From the human T2T-CHM13v2.0 reference genome, Homo sapiens, in assembly GCF_009914755.1 (NCBI RefSeq), contig NC_060925.1: 64,000 nt of DNA; one strand, written 5' to 3'. The notes beneath the pieces were generated by a model. The model ran no database searches, was not told the origin of the DNA, and saw only the letters and a program-made list of their open reading frames with translations. Each line of letters begins with the position of its first letter. The first letter of the stretch is position 1. The position numbers and the translations under genes are program-made. This document shows, piece by piece, positions 46,913 through 62,890 of this stretch.

Positions 46913-49900
46913 GTAGGGCGCCATCGCGTTCCCCACTGGGGCTTTACTGCGACCATGCCCACCATTTGTGTTTTGTCTGGGTGGTGCTGGTGAGGAGGCT
47001 CCAGGGGCAGTAGGCAGGCAAGCAGGAGGGGGGACCCTTGGGACCACCTCTGTTGAACCCGTTCTTTTATGATGTAGAAACTGAGGCACAGGGAGAGGAC
47101 CATACCTACCTTGGGAGCCACAGTGAGTCGGTGGCACGGTGAAAGTGCCAGCGACTTCCCTGGACAGGTGTTTGTCACCAAACCTGGGTGTCAGGGTTTA
47201 GTCCACATAAGCCTGAGCCTCCTGGGGTGGGCGGGGGCAGTTCCTCTGGACATCCCACAGTGCTGTCTTGACTTGAGAGTCTTCCACAATGGCCCCAAAC
47301 ACTCTCTTCCCCCGCTGGGGTTCCGGAGCCAGCAGGCACATCACACCATCCTCCTCCCACGAGGAGGTCCCTGAAGCTGCTAGGAGATCTCAGGATCCCA
47401 GCCCTCCCAAACAGGAGCCTAGCTCTCAAGGAGCCCTAGCCACTGTCCCTGTGCTTCATGGAGCTACTTAGTAGAAGCCACATCCCCGGGCACCCTGCAG
47501 CTCTCTGGGGCCATCCTCGAGGCCCTCCAACAATCCCGACGCTAGGAAGGCTGTGACGTTCCACTGCACCAGACTTCCCATCCCATCTCCTGAAGTGATT
47601 TCTCATCTCAGGGCTCTCAAACCAACAGAAGCTTCAGCCAGCTGTCTGGGAGGGGAGGCAGGGGCCCTGGGCTCTGGTTGGAGGACCCATGGCTCCGATC
47701 ACTGTCCTGGGGAGGTTGCACCTTCGTGTTGGCCTCAAGGGCTTCACCACCTTTCTCTGGTCTTGCAAAAAGAGGGCTTGGCATGTTCAGCATCTTCGTC
47801 AACTGTCCTCCCCTGTAGTTGGGAAGAATTCTCAGGGTGTGAACTCATTGGAATCTCACCATAGGCCAGGGAGGGGGGTGCTCTCGGGGGCCGAAGAAAT
47901 CCCAGTCTCGATGCCAGGGTTGACTCCTCAGAGCTGGACTCCTGGATCTCTGCTCAGATCCCTCTTCCATAAACACTGATCCTGGAGAGACACAGCCAGC
48001 TGTCATGAAGCCCAGACACACACACACTGTCCTCTGGCTCCCCCTCCCCGGGTCTGGGGTAGGACATCATTGGGGGCATCCCTTCCTCTTCTGTCCCCAG
48101 CCCTTCCCTAGGTCTCTCAGAGCAGGGACCTGATCTGACACGAATCCTGACATTTGTGATTAAGGAAGCGCGTTTGCTTTTAGGCTGTTTGCCTGCTGTC
48201 CGTGCCGTGTGCGCATGTACATTCATGTATATTTCCTGGCAACATCCGCCTTTTTGTTCTTGGTAAGAAAGTCTGTTGCTAAAAATGCCTGGCTCAGAGA
48301 GTGGCAGGGCTGTATGGGCCCATGTGGCACTGAGTTTGCTCTTCGGAGGGGGCCTCCTGGCAGGAGCTGGGCTACTGTTGTTGCACCTGCCCCCGGCAGG
48401 GCTCGCTGTGGGCAGCCCCAACAGGAGGGGGAAGAACGTGGGCCCTTCAGGAGAGTAGGTAACCAGCCCTGCCCTACTCGTCAGGGTGGGAAGGACCCTG
48501 AGGAGAGGCCGTTCCCTGGCAGGTGTGAGCTGCACCTCCTCACTGGTGTCTGCACAGACCGGCCTGGGAGACTGAGGCAGGGCCAGCCTGACCTGGGACC
48601 TTCAGGGACACTGGACTGCCTGGGAGAGTGACGGTGGCCTGTGCAAGGACCTCTGCAGCCAAGCTGGTCTTTTTCACTCATGCTCTCTCACACACATGCA
48701 GACACTCTCCTGCCACCCTTATAGATCATAAAGGCCTGGATACACAAGCTGGCCTTTGTCACAGACATGCTGGCATCCATACATGGGCACACACATTCAC
48801 AAACGAATATCCATTTACACATGCATGCTCCCGCCACACACAAATAGACATGTCTTCACAATTGCAAACGTCTGGTGAGAAGTCACTGTGTGTCAGGCAT
48901 CACGTGAGCACGTGACATGGATTGTCTTTTCAACCTCACAGCAACCACAGGGACTCCATTTTACCGGTAAAGAAACTGAGGCTCAGAGAGGTGAGGTAAC
49001 TTGCCTGAGGTCACACAGCAGCAAAGCAAACTTAATTAGAATCCAGGTCTGTCTACCTCCAAAGTTGATGATTACACCATACTCATGAGTGTACCTGCCT
49101 AGAAGCTACAGCCAGGGTGGGAAGGGGCATTGTGGAGCAGCCCCTCCTGCCAGGAGAGAGAACACAGGCTATAGGCCCACTTGCACTTGAAAGGCTGGGA
49201 GAGGAGATCAGAGCTTCCTGCTGGCCCATTGGCTCACAGGGCTGAGCAGAGGCCCTCCTGGTCTCTGGGATGCTGCCCAGAGCAGATGCATTTGGGGCAC
49301 AGAACACCTAGGATTTGGAATTGGATTCAGTTCTACCACTTACTCTGTGGCCTCGCCCTCATTCTATGAAATAAAGACAATGGTATCTGCCTCCGAAGTT
49401 GGTTGTGAAGGTAAAATAAGAACCACCAGAACCACCTGGCACAGATCAGAAACTTAGTAACAACAACATTTACATGTGCATAATTACATAATGATAAAAA
49501 TGACAATACTTACATGCATAATTTATACCTCACAATAACTATGAAGTGTGGGTGCTGTCACTTAAGGGATGAGGAAACTGAGTTCTAGGGAAGTTAACCA
49601 ACCTGCCCGAGGTCACTTTGTTGGGACCCGGAGAAGCCACCATTGGAAGCTGGGCAGGAGAGGAAAGGCGCCCAGCCACCTGCCTGCCTCTGCCCAGGCC
49701 AGCTCACTTGTCTGCCAGGGCATCTCCACCACAGGAAGCCCACTTGGGAGGGTGAGCATGTGGGGGTGGGAGAGAGGAAGGAGAGGCCCATGTGGGGGAA
49801 AAGGAGAACAAAAGACTGTTGGAGGGCTGGTGGCTTTTTCCTACCTTAAACTTCCCTGAGAATGCAGGAAGAATCAATTATTCAGGAAGCTCTCTGAGAC

Positions 49901-51723
49901 TCACTGAGATCACAAGCTGGAGAGAGAAGTCTCAGTTAGCCTTGGGGGAAGAGGGACAGAGATGGGGCAGGGTGGCACCTCTCTCTTTCCCTCTGGGTGA
50001 GTGCGGGGCTGTCTTAGGGTGGGAGGCCCAGCAGACCTGATTGAATCCTGTCTCCGTCGTCTTCCGCCTCTGACCTCGAACACTTCACTTCCCTGTATGA
50101 GCCTCAGTTTCCTCCTTTGCATAGGGGTATGAATGATGCTTTACGTTATGGGCTTTCAATGAAAGTAGTGATGCAAACTGCTTGTCCCCGTGCCTGGCAC
50201 ACTATACCGGCTCAATAAATGGAAGTTGTTTTGTTTATTCAGATCAGGAGCCAAGTTTCCCCTCCTGTGCAACCCATCCCTCCCCCACTGTCCCCTGCCC
50301 CAAGCCAGGATGAAGGTGGCTGTCTCTATATGTGTTGAGGTCACTTGACCCCAAAGATCTCAAAACCCGAGCCCTTCATCTGTTCCCACAAGCTGGGAGG
50401 CTGGTAAGTGTCCCTACTTTCCCAGAAACCACATCCAGCCCCAAGAATGGAGTTTAGAGAGAACAGCAGTATCAGGGGATCCCCAGCCCTATCCCAGGAA
50501 AAGCAGCACCCCTCAAGTGGCAAACAGTGACCTCCACACCCCCACGCCTGCCTTCCTAAGTCCTGTCCGTGGAGATGGAGGGGCAGACAGGGGCCAGTTC
50601 CTGGGAGGGCAGTGTGACCAGGAGCAAGGAAGCAGAGTGCCCCTGGCAGAGCCAGTTGCTCAACCTGCTCCACACTAACTACACCTCAGAGCGTCTACAA
50701 ATGGGAGGAGGTCACACCACCCTGCTCTGCCCCACCTCTGTCCACCACAGCCTTCCTGCAGACCCTGTGCCCTTGGTTGTCCTAAATATCCCACAGGAAA
50801 GATAATCATGATACATATGAGGAAACTGAGGCACGGGGGGGGCAGCTTGCCCAGAACCACCCCCATTCTGCACCTTCTTTTCCTCTTTATTCCCACAAAA
50901 GCCCAGGAAGGAGGAGGCATGAACCTAGGAGATGGAGGCATCGCCTTCACTGTGTCTTACGGATGCAGGCACGGAGGCATGCGAGGATTAAGTGGTTTGC
51001 CCGAGGGCTCCAGCTGAGCGACACTTGAACCTGCACCTTCTGGCTCCAGATCTCAGGGAGACTTTCAGTGAATGCTCCCGGAAAGGCAGTGTCCTTGTTC
51101 CCTATCCTATGATCAAAAGAGAAGCAAACTGCACAGCAGTTAGCACAGGCTCTGGCATCAGAGCCAGCTCTGGGTCCCAGCTCTTCAAATTACTGTGTGA
51201 TCTCAGGCAGGGGACATCACTGTCCTGTGCCTTGTTTACCGCGTTTGCAAAAGGGGCAGCTGTGAGGATTAACCAGGATCCTGCCTCTGCATTCTTTGTC
51301 TTTGAAAGCACACAGCTCCAGATGTGTGGTCACACCAGAGCTCCCTGCCTGTCCTATGTAGGTTCCATGAAATTCCAGGCCGGGGCCATTTCATGTCCTT
51401 GGGCAGCACTGACAGTGTGCTGGGAGAGGGAAAGAGCTAGGCGGGGACTCTGCTTTTCATTGGTCCCATTTGCACCCGAATCACAGCACTGTTTATCCTC
51501 CACATGCAGAACCACCAATGGTTGTGAGCCATCCGGTGCCTTCAGCCAGAGGACAGCAACTGGGTGTTCTGTGGGGTCTTTGTGGCCCCTGATAGCATTA
51601 TCCACATCATCTGTAAATTCAGCATAACTCTTGTACCAGGTCTCGAGCTCCCAAGTCTTACAGGGGTTGCTTGATGATGGAGACAAAGAATATTCCAAGT
51701 CAGACAGGCCTGGGTTCAAATGA

Positions 51724-52176
<453 letters not shown>

Positions 52177-52857
52177 TAAGGTAGCAAATAGTAGCTACCT
52201 ATACCCCAACGCCAGGTGGCAGGGAAGGTGAGCACTCAGAGTCAATAAGATTCTACAGAGGGAAAAGGAGAGACAAGATTCTGCCGGGGAAAAGGTTCTC
52301 ACTGGTCTGCGTGAGCTCAGTGGCAACCACCCATATGTGAAATCTGGAGAAAGTGCAACTGAAATCTAGGCACCACCTTGCATTGGCAGGAATTGGCCAC
52401 CCACTGCAGAAGTCCCCTTTCCAGAGACATTTAGCTTTTCCATGTGAGATCTGCCTGCCTTCTTCCCTGTGCCTGTTTAGCTCATGCCATCAGCAGGCTG
52501 GCATGGCAATACCCTGCCATGGCAGATGCCCTGACTGTTCATTCCTGCTGTTTAAGGCCACATGGGGAGCTTAGAACACCAATCAGCCCTGACAGCTGCT
52601 CATACCTGGCCTTGGGCAGTCCCCACTAGCTAGAAGTGTCGCTGTAGGTCTGACCTCAAATCCAAAGAAGGGAAGTGCTCACACCTCCCTCATATGGCAC
52701 TCAGGCTCCAGCAGCTACAGTCCCTCCCTGAGGGCTGCCTGGGGAGATGGAAGCCCTGCCCATCCTCTGGAGCCCTCCAAGGAGAACTCTGTGGCAGTGC
52801 CACTCCCAAAGCCTTGTCTTCCCCCTGGAATGCCCGCCTCTTAGACCAGTATGGGAG

Positions 52858-52952
52858 CTGGGAGATGACTGATAGATTCCCACCTCTATGCCACGGCTCC
52901 CAGCAGGCAACTGGGAGATGATAGATTCCCACAGCTACCCCATGGCTCCCAG
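52858..52952. repeat. Tandem pair of ~42-46 bp units, each bounded by CTGGGAG...CTCCCAG inverted ends
   Basis: Units at 52858-52903 and 52911-52952. Confidence 0.85.
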
Positions 52953-53980
52953 TATCATGTCGCCATCCAGCCTCAAAGCATTACCTGGCACAGCTGTGAG
53001 GAAACAGATTTCTGGGCTTCACTCCAGGGCCAGGCATCTACATTTTTAATATGCATTCATGTGCTTTTTGACGCATGGTTTGGGACCACTACTTACTCAA
53101 TGTAGGAGTCCACCTGAGTGTCCTTAAGAAGCTCAAGAAGAGCTGTTCAGCCTCTTCTTGATTACTTTCTCTGACAAGGAGCTCACTGCCGCCACCCTTA
53201 AACAGTCCGTCCTCCTGGCAGCCCTTCCTTCAAAAGTGTTTTCCTTACATTGAGAGGGACTCTGCCTCCCTGAAACTCCCCCATTTGAAAGTTCGTGGAA
53301 TGAGTTCAACCTCACTTCCTGGTAGCTCTTATTTTCTGATCCTTTCCCACCTCCAAGTCCCATCCCCCAACCTCCCTGTTGCCATTGCTCTTAAATCAGA
53401 CTCCTCTAGGAAGGTTCTGACCAGCTCCGAATGGAGTGGGACAGGGAGCTCACTCCAGTCCCTGGTTATTCTGGAGTAATAGCTACCCCTGCCTGAGCAC
53501 CCGCTATGTGCTGGGCACTTTATAATGGCTCTACTCTTCCCAACAACCCTATGAGGTGGGTCTTCCTGGAGTTCCCATATTTACAGAGGAGGAAACTAAG
53601 ACTCAGAGAGGTCAAGTCACTTGCCCTGGGCCTTCCAGCTGGTCAGTGATAAAGCCGTGATTCAAGCCCAGGATGTGCTGGCTCCTTCCAGACCAGATTG
53701 ATAGAGCAGGCTGCAGGCTTTTGCTCTAGAGTCCATCCGTCTATCTCTGTCTCCTCTACATTTACATACTCTGGCTATTTTCATCCCCCAATCATGCCTC
53801 CCACAGAGGCAATTATTGGCAGTCAACAAATTGGCCCAAATTCTAGAAGCGCCCGCACCCTCCAGGGGAGCTAATTTGGCCTGCTTCACTGCTCACCACC
53901 AGGACAGTCGAGAGTAACGCAGGTACAAGCACATTCCTGTCCCCGTAATGGACTTCGTTAACATAAATGGATATGAAATC

Positions 53981-53990
53981 TGACGTGGCA
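53981..53990 (+). promoter_or_regulatory. Candidate UPRE/CREB3-family site TGACGTGGCA
   Basis: Motif match only: UPRE TGACGTGG; reverse complement TGCCACGTCA; contains ACGTGGC. Confidence 0.3.
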
Positions 53991-54947
53991 AAGCCAAGTG
54001 CTGTCACCTGGAAAGGAAGGTCTGCCTGCAGAAAGGTGGCTCTCCCGCACTCCCGGCCCCGTACACACATAACTCTATCAACATGAGACAGTGTGGTCCC
54101 AAGGGCCTTTCTCTCCCAAGGGGTCTTGTGCTGGCTAGGACGTGCTGAGTAGGATTTAACCACTGTCGGAGAGCAGGCACTATAGATAAAGCCCTCTTGA
54201 ATTCCACTTCTCACCTTCATAGCCCCAAAGGTTGCAAACCCAGCCTCTTTCTGCTCCAGCTGGGGCAGGCTGTGCTCCATGGTCACGGCCCTGATCTGTG
54301 TTGGCCCAGTGCTGCCCTGTGTTGGGCAGGAATATGTATGGTTTATGTTGTCAGAATTCATTCACGTCCTGGCTCTGCCACTTAAGGACCAGGTGGCCAT
54401 CAGCAAGTCACCAGACCTCTCTGAGATTCAGGTTTCTTGTCTGTTACACTGAGATAATCCCTTGTCGGTTATGAGGGTTGGAGATAATGTATATAACGGA
54501 TCTGGCTCAAAGGAACTGAAAAAGGATAACAACTGTTATTGCTTTTTATAATTATTATTATTTTTATTAAAACACTGAAACGCCTGTTAGGACATGGGGT
54601 TATTCAGGAGCCCAAGCCTCTCCCCCGAAATAATTCCAGGGCATCAGATAAAATAGCATATTACTAGATTGGGCCATATGAAACTGCCAATATTGGACCT
54701 TTTTTTGATTGCCTTATATACTTAACTGTTTTTTAAATGGCCAGAATACTTAAGCATTCTGAATACTTAAGTTAGCAACACTTAGCACTAAGCAGTTTTT
54801 AAGAATACAATACATTGTTATGAACTACAGTCATCATGTCTTATACCATAGATCTCTTGAACTTATTCCTCCTAACTGAAATTTTATATCCTTTGATCAG
54901 CATCTCCCCAACCCTTGGTAACCACCATTCTACTCTCTACCTCTACT

Positions 54948-54978
<31 letters not shown>

Positions 54979-55259
54979 GAGACGGAGTCTCTCTCTGTCG
55001 CCCAGCCTGGAGTGCAGTGGCACCATCTCGGCTCACTGCAACCTCCACCTCCCGGTTCAAGCGATTCGCCTGTCTCAGCCTCCCGAGTAGCTGGGATTAC
55101 AGGTGCCCACCACCATGCCTGGGTAATTTTTGTATTTTTAGTAGAGACGGGATTTCACCATGTTGGCCAGGCTGGTCTCGAACTCCTGACCTCAGGTGAT
55201 CTGCCCGCCTCGGCCTCCCAAAGTGCTGGGACTACAGGGGTGAGCCACTGCACCCAGCC
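54948..55259 (-). mobile_element. Alu (AluS-type) with long T run
   Basis: Antisense dimer; tctactctc on both sides. Confidence 0.94.
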
Positions 55260-55415
55260 TCTACTCTCCACTTCCATGAGTTCAACTTTATTACATTGCA
55301 CTTATAAGTGAGATCAAGTATTTGTCTTTCTGGACTGGCCTATTTCACTTAACACAATATCCTCTGGGTTCATACATGTTGCAAATGACAGAATTTCTTT
55401 CTTTTTTAAGGTTGA

Positions 55416-55757
<342 letters not shown>

Positions 55758-55770
55758 ATACTATACCACA

Positions 55771-56106
<336 letters not shown>

Positions 56107-56287
56107 TGATTCCACATCTTGCCTATTTGAATAATGCTGCAGTGAACACAGGAATATAGATAATCTCTTCAACATACTGATGTCATTTCCTTTGTATATA
56201 TACCCAATAGTGGGATTGCTGGATTTGACCATTTTTGACCTATTAACAAGGCAATTTTACCTAAAGCTAACAAACGAGCTACTGTCA

Positions 56288-56869
<582 letters not shown>

Positions 56870-57204
56870 CTAAAGCAGCAAGCAATGAGGAAGTGTTGAG
56901 AGTTGGGTGGGGTAGGAGTCGGCCAGGCAGTGGTTCTGGGGTTGAGACTGTCCAGGTGCCAGGCAGAGCAGTCAGTGGAGAGGCTATGGATCAGGCCCTG
57001 TCACACCCTTCACGTGGCACCAGGGCAAGGCCACGTCACCATCCCCGGGTTGGAGCCTGCAGTCCGTTGGGCAGCTCTCCCTTCCTGCCTCCTCATAAGG
57101 TTTCCTCCATGCATCTGAACCAGCGGCCTCCCATCCTCAGCAGGCTGGGTGCAGTCGGCTTCTTCGGAAGCATGAAGGCTCACCTGGTGTCCGTCTCTCG
57201 GCAG

Positions 57205-57298
57205 GTCAGGAACATCCGCAAGGTCCTCAGGAAGATCGAAAAGCCCTTTGGCCTCTACCCCAACTTCCTCAGCCCAGTGAGTGGGAACTGGGTGCAAC
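57205..57298 (+). CDS. MAN1C1: MAN1C1 coding exon (probably exon 7), 94 nt: VRNIRKVLRKIEKPFGLYPNFLSPVSGNWVQ+1 nt
   Basis: Acceptor tctctcggcAG|; donor AAC|gtgagt. 'KPxGLYPNFLxP.xGxW' is typical of Golgi class I mannosidases. Phase 0-1. Confidence 0.95.
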
Positions 57299-57510
57299 GT
57301 GAGTACAGAGACGCCACTGCCCCTTATTCAGCGGGTTCCTGCCCAGGCTTCCTAGGAAGACCCTGCCAGGCCCCTGGGCTGAGTGAGGATGTGTCTGTCA
57401 GAGCCATGCAGCCAGCAAGGCATTCGCTCGGTGCTCCTGGACACCACCTGCCTTCCCATGCATCCTGGGGGCTTGCCTGTGGTTGTCTGCTGCTGCAGTG
57501 CCGGATGTGA

Positions 57511-58047
<537 letters not shown>

Positions 58048-58122
58048 TCCAACTTTAATTTAAAAAACAAACAAACAAACAAACAAACAAAAACCATACA
58101 ACAGTGTAGAAATCATGAATTC

Positions 58123-58404
<282 letters not shown>

Positions 58405-60479
58405 TCATCTATACATCTTAGACCTACAAGAATCAGTCCCAGAGTTTTCAGAAGGTCTCTGTTCAGAGACTTGTTTCTCAGCCAGATAACAGCCAGTCAC
58501 CCATGGAACATCATTCACAAGCCCCCAGCCCTACCCATTGCAACAGAATGGGGTTTGGGGTCGCTTAGGTGTGAGAGTGTGGACAAGTCCCCCAGGCCTC
58601 TGGAATGTGCATGCCTGTTGAGAAGCCCAGCTCTGGGAAGCAGAGGCAGGCCCTGGTCACATGGTCATGGTCAGCTGGAACTGGCAGTGACAGGTTCCGT
58701 GGGCACTGCCTCTAGGGCCTCCCAAGACCTGGCAGAGCCCCCACCCCCACTGTCTGTGTGCAAACAAGGACCCCCTTCCCTTTCCCCTGCCTCCAACCCA
58801 GTTTTTGTGACATCAGCAAGGGCTCAGGGGCAAAGTGGGTATGAGTCTAATGACTGTGTGGCTTAGGGGGGAATTCACTGTATCTCTTTGAACCTTGGTT
58901 TCCTGTCCTGCAAAATGAAAGAAGAGAATGAGATGCATTCTTTGTGTGCCATGGAGGGGCGTAGGAAGAATGGTCAAAGGCTGCAGGAAACAGATTTCAC
59001 TTCCATCTGCCAAAGATGGTCCAAGTTGTCCCAAAAGGGAACAATGCAAGTGGGGCCTAGAGAGGCAGCATTGGGGACACTGTGGCGAAGCAGCTGAGGC
59101 CTTTCCTTCCAACCTGAACCTCCCCCAGAAAACTCAACCCAGGAATTTCCCCCAGGGACGACCTCACCCCAAGTGGCCTCCCGTAAAAACCACTTAGAGA
59201 AATGCAGAGTATTTTTAACCAAAACACACTGCCGAATCCAAAAGTACGGGGAGAAAATGAAGCTTGAATTGCAGATTATAGCCACGGGAAGAGGCAGTTC
59301 GATAACAGTTGCTGGTTTTAATTGCGAGACCTGACTGGATAAGGAGATAAACCCCTCTGAGCTGCTCCAGGGCAAGGCAGCAGAACCCATGAAAAGGGCT
59401 GAAAGGGGTGTGGGCTTCCTAGCTCAACAGTTACCTTGGCAAATTATAAGGGAGCCCCTGCCGGGAAGCATAATTTTCTTCTCAGGCAGAGCCAGGGCCT
59501 GCAGGTCTGGGCAAAGTCAGTCGCATATGGGAAATTGTTTCCTATTAATAAAATCTGAGCCCTCGGCCTGCTAAAGAGCAGAGGGGGTTATAATGCCCAG
59601 CTCGCCCAAACGTCTGCCTTCCTCCTCCCCTGGCCTTGGTGCCCGGGGTCATCTCAGGTTTCCTGTGGTTTTTTGTTGGTTTTTTTTTTGGTGCATACGT
59701 ATTCTTTTAGCACTTGATAGCATTACCACCTTGCATAAGCTTAAGTGCACGCACATCATTTTCTCTTCTTGAATCTTCAGAACAAGCCTGAAGGCAGGAC
59801 AGGCAGGTTCTGCGTAGCCCATTTGCAACCACAGAAATTGCAGCCTAGAGAAACGAAGGAGGAGTTAGGACTGCATCTCAGTTACCTAGGCCTCTGCTCT
59901 TGTTGGCTTCCCACTCCTCCTGGAAACCGAGCTTCAGGGGTAACAGGGGAGCCCCAAGACCCGTCCTATTGCTAAGAGTTCACATCCAGGATAAATCCAC
60001 CAGGCTCCCGATGGTGCCCAACACAAATGAGACCACCCTGAGGCCAACCCCCTGAGAGCTGCCGAGGAGGGGTCACCAGCCCCTCGGTGCGGCACCTGAG
60101 TAACTTGTCCACTGCCTGAATCCCACACTTTCTTCTGTGGGAGGGAAGTGGCAAGTCCAGACCTCCTTGGTAGGTACAGGAGTGTGAGCTGCAGCCTGGC
60201 AGCTTCCCTGGCATCAGATCGGCTGATTTCCAGGCTTGTGGCCCAGCCTCCTGCTGCCAGGTGTGACGAGCGCATTGGCACGGTCAGGAAGCAGCAGAGC
60301 CTGCCTCTGCTCTGGGGCTCACGGACACCAGCTCGTGCCCCCTTCACACATCTGCAGATGGGGAGACCAAGGCCCAGAGTGGGCAGGGGTGCACCCTGAG
60401 CTAATGCAGAACAATGTCTTCTCATTCCTATGCCTGTGCTTCTCCCAGCCCGCCTCGCAGTGTTGGGGAAGACCACACT

Positions 60480-62858
60480 CGTACACACACACACACACCC
60501 CTACCACCCCACCCACCCTCCCAGACACACACACATTACACACTCCCCCATACACACACACCCACACTCCCCTCACATCCACACTCCCCTCACACACACA
60601 CATTACACACTACATACACTCCTACTCTCCCCTCACACACCCACACTCCCCTCACACACTCCCCCCACACACAGACCCACACACCACTACCCTCACATAC
60701 GTCCACACTCCACACACACACACACACCCCTACCACCCCACCCACCCTCCCAGACACACACACATTACACACTCCACCATACACACAGACCCACACACCC
60801 ACACTCCCCTCACATACATCCACACTTCCCTCACACACACATTACATACTACATACACTCCTACACACACTCCCCTCACACACACTCCCCTCACACACAC
60901 CCACACACACAGACCCACATACCACACTACCCTCACATACATCCACACTCCCCTCACACACACACATTACACACTCCCCCCCACACACAGACCCACACAG
61001 CCACACTCTCCTTACATACATCCACACTCCCCTCACACATACATTACACACTCCCCTCACACACACAGACCCACACACCCACACTCCCCTCACATACATC
61101 CACACTCCCCTAACACACACGCATTACACACTCCCCTCACGTACATCCACACTCCCCTCACACACACTACACACACATTACATACACTCCCCCCACACAC
61201 TCCCCTCACATACATTCACACTCCCCTCAAACACACACACACATATTATACACTCCCCTCACATCCACACTCCCCTCATACACACACATTACACACTCCC
61301 CCACACAGACCCACACACCCACACTCCCCTCACATACATCCACACTCCCCTCACACACACCACACACACATTACATACACTCCCCCACACACACAGACCC
61401 ACACACCCACACTCCCCTCACATACATCCACACTCCCCTCACACACACACACACACACACTCCCCCCCACACAGACCCACACACCCCTCACATACATCCA
61501 CGCTCCCTTAACACACACACACTACATACACTCCCCCTACATACACTCCCCTCACACACCCACAGTCCCCTCACATACATCCACACTCCCCTCACACATA
61601 CACACATTACACACACTCCCCTCACACACATCCACACTCCCCTCACACACATCCACACTCCCCTCACACACACCCCACACACATTACATACACTCTCCCT
61701 ACACACACTCCCCTCACACACACAGACCCACACACCCACACTCCCCTCACATACATCCACACTCCCCTCACACACACGCATTACACACTCCCTTCACGTA
61801 CATCCACACTCCCCTCACACACACCACACACACACATTACATACACTCCCCCCACACACACTCCCCTCACATACATCCACACTCCCCTCAAACACACCAC
61901 ACACAATTACACACTCCCCTCACACACATCCACACTCCCCTCACACACACACATTACACACTCCCCCACACAGACCCACACACCCACACTCCCCTCACAT
62001 ACATCCACACTCCCCTCACACACACCACACACACATTACATACACTCCCCCCACACACAGACCCACACACCCACACTCCCCTCACATACATCCACACTCC
62101 CCTCACACACACAATTACACACTCCCCCACACACAGACCCACACACCCCTCACATACATCCACGCTCCCTTAACACACACACACTACATACACTCCCCCT
62201 ACATACACTCCCCTCACACACCCACAGTCCCCTCACATACATCCACACTCCCCTCACACATACACACATTACACACACTCCGCTCACACATATCCACACT
62301 CCCCTCACACACACCACACACATTACATACACTCTCCCTACACACACTCCCCTCACACACACCACACACATATTACACACACTTTCCTCACATACACACT
62401 CCCCTTACACACTACACACACACACTTCCCCTACACACACCCCCACACTACACACACTCCCCTCACATATACATACACTACACACTCCCCTCAGGCACAC
62501 ACACTACACACCACCCACACTCCCACACACACTACACACCACCCACACTCCCACACACACACCTATCACCCACACTCCCTCCCACACACACACCACACAC
62601 TCCCTTCACACACTACACACTCCCCTCACACATTCCACACACACACCCCACACATTACACACACTCGCCTCATGCACACACCCCACACACTACACATAGT
62701 CCCCTCATACACTACACACCACACTCCTTGACACACACACACACTCTCCCTACACACACATCCACACACCCATACCCCTCAGCACACACACACGCCCCCA
62801 TACACCTACATACACCACACACATTCATTCACCACACATACACACTCACCCCACACCC

Positions 62859-62890
<32 letters not shown>
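60480..62890. repeat. Complex CA/C-rich minisatellite (modules acactcccctcac, atacatcc, acacattac, acagaccc)
   Basis: ~2.4 kb nearly G-free on the + strand, with recurring modules and higher-order duplication. Confidence 0.97.

Noticed and set aside
60236-62173. 645 aa T/H/P-rich ORF and overlapping 365 and 227 aa ORFs
   Set aside because: Translation of the G-poor minisatellite, which rarely forms stop codons; open in several frames at once.
60480-62890. CRISPR-like repeat-spacer array
   Set aside because: Primate DNA; no constant repeat with unique spacers and no cas genes.
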